From an uncultured delta proteobacterium (lineage in GTDB: Bacteria > Myxococcota > Myxococcia > Myxococcales > Anaeromyxobacteraceae): DNA of 64,000 bases. The notes under the pieces are model-generated. The model saw only the letters and a program-made list of their open reading frames with translations. It made no database searches and was not told where the DNA came from. How positions within the stretch are numbered: position 1 is the stretch's first letter; each line of letters begins with the position of its first letter. Below are positions 56,569 through 64,000 of the stretch, one piece after another. The stretch spans positions 48,639 through 112,638 of the forward strand of contig CAVYBH010000010.1 of NCBI GenBank assembly GCA_963766715.1. The letters are read 5' to 3'. Both the position numbers and the translations under genes were made by a program.

Positions 56569-57759
56569 GTGTACGACGACGCCCAGAAGGTCCTGGCCCG
56601 AACCCTCGAGGAGATCCGCGCCGCCGGCACGTGGAAGGAGGAGCGGATCCTCCAGTCGCCGCAGGGCGCGGAGATCGAGGTGGGCGGGCGCAAGGTCCTC
56701 AACTTCTGCGCCAACAACTACCTCGGGCTCTCCGACCATCCCGGCCTGCTCTCGGCCGCGCGGAGCGCGCTCGACGGGCGCGGCTACGGCCTGTCGTCGG
56801 TGCGCTTCATCTGCGGGACCCAGGACCTTCACCGGGAGCTGGAGCGGCGGCTGGCGGCCTTCTTCGGCTTCGAGGACGCCATCCTCTTCTCCTCCTGCTT
56901 CGACGCCAACGGCGGGGTGTTCGAGGCCTTGCTGGGCGAGCAGGACGCCATCGTCTCCGACTCGCTCAACCACGCCTCCATCATCGACGGCATCCGGCTC
57001 GCCAAGGCCCGGCGCTACCGCTACGCCCACGCCGACCTGGCGGACCTGGAAGCGAAGCTCGGCGAGGCCGCCGACGCGCGGCTCCGGCTGGTGGTCACCG
57101 ACGGCGTCTTCTCCATGGACGGCGACCTGGCGCGGCTCGACGAGATCTGCGCCATCGCCGAGCGGCACCGGGCGCTCGTGCTGGTCGACGACTCGCACGC
57201 TTCCGGCTTCGTGGGGCGCACCGGGCGCGGGACGCCCGAGCACTTCGGGGTCCAGGGGCGCGTGGACATCCTCACCTCCACCCTGGGCAAGGCGCTGGGC
57301 GGGGCAGCGGGCGGGTTCGTGGCGGGTCCACGCGAGGTGGTCGACCTGCTCCGGCAGCGGGCCCGGCCGTACCTGTTCTCGAACACGGTGGCGCCCCCCA
57401 TCGTCGGGGCCAGCCTGGCCGCCCTCGACCTGATCGAGGGCTCGACCGAGCTGCGCGACCGGCTCATGGCCAACGCGAAGCGCTTCCGGGAGGGCATGTC
57501 GGCGGCCGGATTCCAGCTTCGCCCCGGCTTCCACCCCATCGCGCCCATCATGCTGGGCGACGCGCGGCTGGCCGTGGACTTCGCCCGCGACCTGCTCGAC
57601 GAGGGGATCTACGTCATCGGCTTCAGCTTCCCCGTGGTCCCGAAGGGCGAGGCGCGCATCCGCGTCCAGCTCTCGGCGGCCCACTCGACCGGGATGGTGG
57701 ACCGGGCCGTCGCGGCCTTCGTGAAGGTCGGACGGAAGCGCGGGGTGATCGCGGGCTGA
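56569..57759 (+). CDS. kbl: 2-amino-3-ketobutyrate CoA ligase (glycine C-acetyltransferase)
   Basis: [43 protein letters not shown]. Confidence 0.96.
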   Translation: MYDDAQKVLARTLEEIRAAGTWKEERILQSPQGAEIEVGGRKVLNFCANNYLGLSDHPGLLSAARSALDGRGYGLSSVRFICGTQDLHRELERRLAAFFGFEDAILFSSCFDANGGVFEALLGEQDAIVSDSLNHASIIDGIRLAKARRYRYAHADLADLEAKLGEAADARLRLVVTDGVFSMDGDLARLDEICAIAERHRALVLVDDSHASGFVGRTGRGTPEHFGVQGRVDILTSTLGKALGGAAGGFVAGPREVVDLLRQRARPYLFSNTVAPPIVGASLAALDLIEGSTELRDRLMANAKRFREGMSAAGFQLRPGFHPIAPIMLGDARLAVDFARDLLDEGIYVIGFSFPVVPKGEARIRVQLSAAHSTGMVDRAVAAFVKVGRKRGVIAG

Positions 57760-57760
57760 G

Positions 57761-58515
57761 CTAGAAGACGAAGAGCAGCCCGGCGCTCCACGCCCAGTAG
57801 CTGGGCGCGAGCTGCCAGGTCTTGGTGGAGCCGAAGTTGTTCACGCTCGACCGGGTGAAGTCGATGAAGAGCATGGTCCGGTTGATGCCCGTGTCGTAGT
57901 CCATCTGCTTCGAGAGCGTGGTGTCGAAGAAGTCGAGCACGAGCGCCACGCCCATCGTGGCCGACCAGCCGAAGGTGCCGCCCGAGCCGCGGGAGACGAC
58001 GCCGGTCGTGGGGTTGGTGTAGCTCGACACGCCGTTCTGCCCGGTGGCGGACCAGATGTAGTCGAGGATCGCGCCGCGCACGTAGGGCGCGAGCGGGACC
58101 TCGAAGCGCTCGTAGAACCAGTCGACCCGGTAGGTGGCCTCGAGCTGGAGGGGATGATCATGAGGCTCGTGCTGCCGCCCAGCTGGGTCACCCCGTTCGC
58201 CGTGAAGCTCCCCTTGCCCCAGACCTGCCAGTAGCCGGCGCCGAAGCCGATGTCGAGCGTGCCCACCTCGGTGATCCAGGCCGACTTGGAGAAGATGGCC
58301 TGCACCATGAGCGGGCGGCTCGTGCCGAAGCTGGAGGCGTACGGGAGCGGCGTGCCGGGTGAGGCGACGAACTCGGAGTCGATGTTGGGGCTGAAGGGGG
58401 AGAGCGAGAACTGGAGGGAGCCCCAGCGCGGCGACTCCTTCGAGACGATGACCGGGCTCTGGGCCGCGGCGGGCAGCGCCGCCAGCAGCGCCAGCGCGAG
58501 AAGGGCCTTCTTCAC
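57761..58515 (-). CDS. Outer-membrane beta-barrel protein (MXAN_2562-like); frameshift near 58150
   Basis: Signal peptide, PNIDSEF, LDFFD...MDYDTGINRT, ends AGLLFVF; coupled to a MYXO-CTERM protein. Confidence 0.7.
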
Positions 58516-59442
58516 GAGCGCCTCCGCCGCACGGCGAGGAGCCCGAGGAGCGCGAGCACGGGGGCGAGCGCGCCGGCGCCGCCGGTGCTGCAGCCGCCCG
58601 TCTCGACGCCGCCGTCCTGCTTGTAGATCGTGCCAGAAGCTGAGGAACGGCAGCGGCGTGGTGGAGGCATTGGGGCCGAAGGGCGGCGTGGAGGCCGGGC
58701 CCGGGTTCCCGGCCTGGCTCAGGGCCGTGGCGGTCACCGTGTAGGGAACCGAGTTGGTGAGGCCGCCGCAGGTGATCGCGCCCACGTTGCTCGGGCCGCC
58801 GGTGCCGGCGGCCCCGGTCGTGGTCGGGGTGCAGGCAATCGTGTAGGTGATGCCATCGATGGCCGCGTAGGCGGTGGTCGTGGTCCCGGCTGCGACGTTC
58901 ACGGTGAGCTGACCGTCGCCCGGGACGGCGCTGCTCACCACGGGCGGAGGAGGGACGGCCAGCTGGAACTTGAACTTGATGTCGGACGAGGCGAGCTGCC
59001 AGTTCGCCGTGGACCCGGCCGGCAGGTAGTAGACGCACAGGTTCACGGTCACGTCGGCCGGCGTGGGCCCGGCGCAGGTGGTCACGCCGCCCGCGGTGGC
59101 GATGGAGGCGACCAGGACGCCGGTCACGGTCTGGGTGGCCCCGGTGGCCAGCACGTCGAGGAAGCCGGTGGGCGCCCCGGTCGAGCCACCGTTCGTCGAG
59201 CAGCCGGTGGCCTGGCTGACGGCGGCGAGCCGCCACTTGTCGCCCGCCGTGACGACCGGCGTGACGTTCGCCGCGATGACCCAGGTCGAGGTGAGGCTCA
59301 CGTTCGCGCAGTCGGCCTGGTTGGCGAGGTCGGGCAGGGTCTGGGAGGTCACCGTGGCCACGGTCGTCCCGGGGGTGACGGTGGTCTGGGCCAGCGCTGC
59401 GCCGGGGAGGAGACAGAGGAGGAGCGTGGCTCTGCGGAGCAT
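58512..59442 (-). CDS. MYXO-CTERM-anchored surface protein with FnIII-like domain (MXAN_2561-like); frameshift near 58630
   Basis: Signal peptide, Thr/Cys-rich body, VPGDGQLTV; C-terminus YKQDGGVETGGCSTGGAGALAPVLALLGLLAVRRRRS. Confidence 0.75.
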
Positions 59443-59454
59443 GGGGGTCGATTC

Positions 59455-59470
59455 TGCAAGGCCGGGGCCA
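59455..59470 (-). promoter_or_regulatory. Sigma54 (-24/-12) promoter
   Basis: Minus strand TGGCCCCGGCCTTGCA = TGGC-N7-TTGCA with GG-N10-GC spacing. Confidence 0.65.
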
Positions 59471-59622
59471 CCCATGCAAGCTCCCGTCGACGCAGGCGGC
59501 GCAGGCCTGGCGGCGGAGTGGCTCGCCTTTTTGGCAAATGTGGACCCGGGGCGGTGGTCCACCTGACAATTTGGCAATGAAACGACCGGAGAAGAGGCCC
59601 CGCCGGAGGTCCCACCCAGGGG

Positions 59623-60645
59623 TCAGCGGCCCCGGAGCCGGACCCACTCCTCGGCGATGCGGACCGCGTTTCCGGCCGCGCTGCGCCGCAGGTTGTCGGC
59701 CACCACGAAGAGGTCGAGCCCGTTGCCCTGGGAGGCGTCCTCCCGGACGCGCCCCACCAGGACCGCGTCGTCGTTCACGGCCAGCATCGGCATCGGGTAG
59801 ACCCGATCGGCCGGGGCGTCCACCACCTTCACCCCGGGAGACGCCCGGAGCAGGGCCCGGGCCTCCTCGGCCGGAAGCGGGCGCGTCGTCCTGATATTCA
59901 CCGTTAGTGCGTGTCCGTAGAACACCGGGACGCGGATGGCGGTGGCGGTGGCGGCGAGCGCCGGGGCGGCCAGCAGGCGTCGCAGCTCGGCTCCCACGGC
60001 CACCTCCTCCTCGGAGTGGCCGCCTGCGTCGAAGTCGCCCACCTGGGGCACCAGGTTGAACCCCATCCGGTGGGAGAGGTCCGAGGGGTCCGGTTCCTCG
60101 CCGTTGAGGAGCGCGACCATCTCCTTCTCGAGCTGCCGGACCCCGGCCCGGCCCGAGCCGGAGGCCGCGAAGAGGACGGTGACCACCACCCGCTCCACGC
60201 CCACCTTCCGGTGGATGGGGCCGAGCGTCAGGGCGAGCGGGACCACCGGCCCGGACGGGCCGGCCACGATGCCCTTCGCCTTCGCGGCGGCCACGGCGTC
60301 GTCGTTCCAGCCGGCCACGACCAGCGGGACGTCGGGGGCGGAGCGGAAGGCCGTGGAGAGGTCGACCGCCAGGCACCCGTCGGCCCAGGCCCGGGGGGCC
60401 CACTCCCGCACGATCGAGGCGGGGGCGGCGAAGATGGCGGCGTCGCAGCCCCGGAAGGACTTCTCCCCCAGCGCCTCGACCTCCAGCTCGTCCCCGCGGA
60501 ACTCGAGCAGGTCCACCTCGGAACGGCTGGTGGCGAAGAGGCGCGGCGCGACCGCGACCTCCCGGGCCTCCAGGTCCTCGAGCACGGCGCGACCCACCGA
60601 CCCGGTGGCACCCACGACGGCGAGCTGCATCGGACAATCGGTCAT
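59623..60645 (-). CDS. Aspartate-semialdehyde dehydrogenase-like protein lacking the catalytic Cys (Usg-like)
   Basis: VVGATGSVG, VDLSTAFR, FNLVPQVG, RVPVFYGH, VGRVRED, ADNLRRSAA; NPNC replaced by GPSG. Confidence 0.85.
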   Translation of the reverse strand: MTDCPMQLAVVGATGSVGRAVLEDLEAREVAVAPRLFATSRSEVDLLEFRGDELEVEALGEKSFRGCDAAIFAAPASIVREWAPRAWADGCLAVDLSTAFRSAPDVPLVVAGWNDDAVAAAKAKGIVAGPSGPVVPLALTLGPIHRKVGVERVVVTVLFAASGSGRAGVRQLEKEMVALLNGEEPDPSDLSHRMGFNLVPQVGDFDAGGHSEEEVAVGAELRRLLAAPALAATATAIRVPVFYGHALTVNIRTTRPLPAEEARALLRASPGVKVVDAPADRVYPMPMLAVNDDAVLVGRVREDASQGNGLDLFVVADNLRRSAAGNAVRIAEEWVRLRGR

Positions 60646-61553
60646 GCCTTCTTCTCCTGGTGAAGCAGGTCGCGCAGGGCCGGCTCGAGCGCCGGCCAGC
60701 GGAATCGGTACCCGAGCGAGAGCGCGGTGCGGGGGAGGACGCGCTGGCTGGCGAGCACCACCTCGGCCATCTCTCCCAGCGCCGCGCGGACGGCGAAGGC
60801 CGGCGTGGCGAAGAGGCTGGGGCGGTGGATCACCCGGCCGATGGCGCGGGCCAGGTCGCGGTTGCGCGCCGGGTCGGGCGCGGTGGCGTTCATCGGGCCC
60901 TCGGCCCCCGGGTTCTCGAGGGCGAGCCGGAGGATGCCCACCTGGTCGGCCAGGTGGATCCAGGACTGCCAGAAGCTGCCGTCCCCGATGGGCCCTCCGG
61001 CGAACGCCCGGAAGGGCAGCACCAGCTTGGGGAGCGCCCCGCCCCCGGCCGCGAGGACGATGCCGGTGCGAACGAGCACGACGCGGGCCCTCTTCCGGGC
61101 CGGGCTCGCCGCCTCCTCCCACTCGATCGCGACGCGGGAGAGGAAGTCGTCGCCCGGCGCGGAGGACTCGTCCAGCACCTCGTCCCCGCGCGGGCCGTAG
61201 TAGCCGATGGCGCTCCCGCTCACGAGCACGGAGGGGCCCCCGCCGGCGATCACCGCCGCGACGTTGCGGGTGGCGTCCACGCGGCTGTCGCGGATGCGGC
61301 GTCGCCGGGCCTCCGTCCACCTGCCGGCGGCGACCGGCTCCCCGGCCAGGTTCACGCAGGCATCGCAGCGGGAGAGCTCCTCCTGCCACCCGCCGGGGAC
61401 GGCCGGGTCCCCCAGCACCGCGCGCGAGCCGGAGGGCAGGCCGGACGGGGAGGCGCTGCGGGAGAGGGCCGCCACCTCGTGGCCGTCCTGGAGGAGCGAC
61501 GCCGCGAGGGCCCGTCCGATGAGCCCGGTGGCTCCGGTGACGAAGACGCGCAT
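60642..61553 (-). CDS. TIGR01777-type NAD-dependent epimerase/dehydratase-family protein
   Basis: VTGATGLIG, NLAGEP, SRVDAT, SAIGYYG, SWIHLAD, SQRVLP. Confidence 0.88.
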   Translation of the reverse strand: MRVFVTGATGLIGRALAASLLQDGHEVAALSRSASPSGLPSGSRAVLGDPAVPGGWQEELSRCDACVNLAGEPVAAGRWTEARRRRIRDSRVDATRNVAAVIAGGGPSVLVSGSAIGYYGPRGDEVLDESSAPGDDFLSRVAIEWEEAASPARKRARVVLVRTGIVLAAGGGALPKLVLPFRAFAGGPIGDGSFWQSWIHLADQVGILRLALENPGAEGPMNATAPDPARNRDLARAIGRVIHRPSLFATPAFAVRAALGEMAEVVLASQRVLPRTALSLGYRFRWPALEPALRDLLHQEKKA

Positions 61554-61555
61554 GA

Positions 61556-62281
61556 TCAGGGGAGCCCGGCCGGGAACTTCACCTCGGCCTCGCTCTTCCG
61601 CACGTAGTGGGGCTCGAGGGCGAAGAGGCCCTGGGCGTCGAAGGTGGCGTGGCGAAGGCGCGAGGCCGCCAGGCGGCCGACCGACTCGCCGGAGGGGAAC
61701 GCAGGGGCCGACTCGAGGAAGGGAAGCGATCCCTGCAGCGCGTCCCGGTAGGCGCCGAAGCCTTCCCCGAAGCCCACAGCCGGCCCGAGCCCGGCAATCC
61801 GGGCCGCCACCGCCTCCGGGGCGATGGCCTCCTCCGGGTGCACCGCGGTCACGCCCTCCCCGTCGGCCCGGTAGTACCCCGCGTAGACCTCGCCCTTGCG
61901 GGCGTCGAGGAGCGGGACGAGGAGCGCGCCTCGGGCGGCGGGCAGCGAGGCCGCCTCGAGCGCCAGGGCCGCGAGGCTGGAGGCTCCCGCGATGGGGCGC
62001 CGGTTGGCGTAGGCGAGCCCCTTCCACGTGGCCAGCCCGATGCGGAGCCCGGTGAAGGAGCCCGGCCCGATGCCGATCGCGAAGGCCTCCACCTCGCCGA
62101 CGCCTCGCCCCAGCGCGCCGAGCAGGTCGGTGAGGGCGCCGGGCAGCCGGATGCCGTGGCCTCCCCCGGGACCGGCCGGCCGGTCGGTGCGCGTGGTGAG
62201 CACCTCGACCCCGTCCTCGCGCAGCTCGAGGAGCGCGCAGGACAAGGTCAGGGTCGACGTATCGAGCGCCGCGACCAGCAT
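61556..62281 (-). CDS. tsaB: tRNA t6A biosynthesis protein TsaB
   Basis: ALDTST, GPGSFTGLRIG, DARKGEVY, EPHYVRKSEAE. Confidence 0.94.
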   Translation of the reverse strand: MLVAALDTSTLTLSCALLELREDGVEVLTTRTDRPAGPGGGHGIRLPGALTDLLGALGRGVGEVEAFAIGIGPGSFTGLRIGLATWKGLAYANRRPIAGASSLAALALEAASLPAARGALLVPLLDARKGEVYAGYYRADGEGVTAVHPEEAIAPEAVAARIAGLGPAVGFGEGFGAYRDALQGSLPFLESAPAFPSGESVGRLAASRLRHATFDAQGLFALEPHYVRKSEAEVKFPAGLP

Positions 62282-63939
62282 CAGCCCATCAGCCGGACGA
62301 TGTCGTTCTTGAAGACGAACACCATGAGGGAGACGAGCAGCAGGATCCCGACCAGGTTCGCCACCTCGCGCGTCCGGAGCGACAGGGGCTTGCGGGTCAC
62401 CGCCTCCACCGCCGTGGCCACGATGTGCCCGCCGTCGAGCACCGGGATGGGGAGCAGGTTCATCAGCCCCAGGTTCACGCTGATGAGCGCCATCTTGAAG
62501 AGGAAGCTCGACCAGCCCTCCTGCGCGGCCTGGGCGGCGATCCGGAAGAGCATGATCGGCCCGCCCACCGTCTTGAAGCTGATCTCTCCCTGGACGATGC
62601 GGGCGATGCCGAGCGCGGCGAGGCGGACGACCTCCCCGAGGTGGCCCACCGAGCTCGAGAGGGCCTCCACGACGCCGACCGCGAGCGGCACCTCCTCGGC
62701 CACCAGCGCCCGGGCCTCGACGAGGCCGCGCTGCTCCGGGAAGAAGCCCAGCGTGACCCGCTTGTGCGTCTCGCGGGTCATCTCGTCGACGTACTCCTGG
62801 TCCGCCGGGACGAGCTCGGCCGCGCGGCCGCCCGCCAGCCCGAGCTTCACCGGCGTGCCGGAGAGGAACTCGGGCGACAGCTGGTTCAGCTCGCGGAAGG
62901 AGCGCACCGCCTTGCCGTTCACCGAGGTGATGGCGTCGCCCCGGCGCAGCCCGGCCCGCGCAGCCGGGCTGTCGGGCGTGACCTCGGCGATGAAGGTGGA
63001 GACGGTGGGGTCGGCGGCGGTGAAGGCGGGGACGCCCTCGACGCAGGTCGGGACCGGGCCGAGCCGGACGGGCTCGTAGGTGGAGAGGGAGACGCTGGGC
63101 GCGCCGACCGCGGACACCCGCAGGACCTCGAGGTCGAGCGGCGCGCAGGGCGCGGCGCGGAGGATCCGGTCGAGGTCGCCGATGTTCCGCACGGATGCCC
63201 CGCGGCGCGGACCACCAGGTCGAAGGGGGCGAAGCGGGCCGGCGACCCCGGGGAGAGACGAAGCGACGAGGCCGCCGGGAAGGCGGGGCTCACCCCGATG
63301 AGACCGCCAGTGACGGGGACGGGGTTCTATTCTTCTCGGCGGCGGGGACCACCGGGACGACGACCTTCTGGCCGGCGCGCTCCACGGGGGACTGATGCGC
63401 TCCCCGGCGCGCGGCCCGACGCCCGTCGAGGTCGGAGAAGTAGGGAACGGCGTGGCGGGCCGGCCCGGGACCGCCACCGTGAGCACGCGTACGCGGGCGA
63501 GCAGGCCGGCCCGCTCGGCGGCAGACCCCGGCATGATGGTGCCGAGCACCGGCCCGGGCACCGGCGAGCCGGTCTGGGCCAGCGCCAGGGCGAAGTAGAT
63601 GATCACCGGGAAGGCCAGGTTGGCGGCCGGACCGGCCACGGCGATAGAAGCGCTTCCACGGGCGTGCTCGAGGAAGCCCCTTGCCCTGTCCTCGGCGCTG
63701 ACCTCGGCGCGGGGCTGGTCCCCCGCCATCTTCACGTAGCCGCCCAGCGGCAGGATGAGAGCAGGGACTCGTCTCCCGCGGCGGAAGCCCAGGATCTTGG
63801 GGCCGAAGCCGACGGAGAACTCTACGACCTTCACCCCGAGCGCCTTGGCGGCCAGGAAGTGGCCGAACTCGTGGACGAAGATGAGTCCCCCAAGGAGGAG
63901 GACGATGGAGCCGATCTTCAGGAGGATGTCGCTGGCCAT
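62281..63939 (-). CDS. rseP: RIP metalloprotease RseP with PDZ domains; multiple indels around 63200-63800
   Basis: HEFGH, FSVGFG, PLGGYVKM, AGPAAN, PDZ (SPAARAGLRRGD), NLLPIPVLDGGH. Confidence 0.92.
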   Translation of the reverse strand: MASDILLKIGSIVLLLGGLIFVHEFGHFLAAKALGVKVVEFSVGFGPKILGFRRGRRVPALILPLGGYVKMAGDQPRAEVSAEDRARGFLEHARGSASIAVAGPAANLAFPVIIYFALALAQTGSPVPGPVLGTIMPGSAAERAGLLARVRVLTVAVPGRPATPFPTSPTSTGVGPRAGERISPPWSAPARRSSSRWSPPPRRIEPRPRHWRSHRGEPRLPGGLVASSLPGVAGPLRPLRPGGPRRGASVRNIGDLDRILRAAPCAPLDLEVLRVSAVGAPSVSLSTYEPVRLGPVPTCVEGVPAFTAADPTVSTFIAEVTPDSPAARAGLRRGDAITSVNGKAVRSFRELNQLSPEFLSGTPVKLGLAGGRAAELVPADQEYVDEMTRETHKRVTLGFFPEQRGLVEARALVAEEVPLAVGVVEALSSSVGHLGEVVRLAALGIARIVQGEISFKTVGGPIMLFRIAAQAAQEGWSSFLFKMALISVNLGLMNLLPIPVLDGGHIVATAVEAVTRKPLSLRTREVANLVGILLLVSLMVFVFKNDIVRLMG

Positions 63940-64000
63940 GGACCATCGAACCCCGCCGCTACCCGGGAGTCTTAGCCCGACAACCGCCGGCGCGCAGGAG

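Overview
Very GC-rich chromosomal window, most consistent with an Anaeromyxobacter-like Myxococcota genome (inferred from gene content, the MYXO-CTERM protein and the ACIII-caa3 operon). Contents, left to right: (1) end of a probable outer-membrane beta-barrel gene, a WcaJ/EpsZ-type priming glycosyltransferase and rmuC; (2) a ~17.6 kb respiratory region with a tetraheme cytochrome c/4Fe-4S/NrfD/monoheme cytochrome c module, a degenerate NtrC-like regulator, a macro-domain protein and a complete alternative complex III (actABCDEF, G-like)-SCO-caa3 (A2-type) oxidase operon; (3) an ECF sigma factor fused to a zinc-binding anti-sigma-like domain; (4) N-end-rule genes (aat, clpS, clpA), an S9 peptidase, an SDR, hrpB, sucAB; (5) a rubrerythrin/Fe-S oxidoreductase/DUF3501-like trio and a degenerate MCP; (6) an operon with a duplicated-domain protein, an extended PilT, a TMTC-like glycosyltransferase and a helicase; (7) an ABC exporter, tdh-kbl, a MYXO-CTERM protein/beta-barrel pair with a sigma54-type promoter, an asd-like gene, tsaB and rseP. 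No rRNA, tRNA, CRISPR array or mobile element was seen. Many conserved genes are split by single-base frameshifts, most likely long-read consensus errors, so some coordinates are approximate. Most notable: three FNR-like boxes in the respiratory region, three proteins with lost catalytic or signalling motifs (bEBP, MCP, Asd), and repeated leaderless-promoter signatures. All family assignments are by eye; no database search was run.
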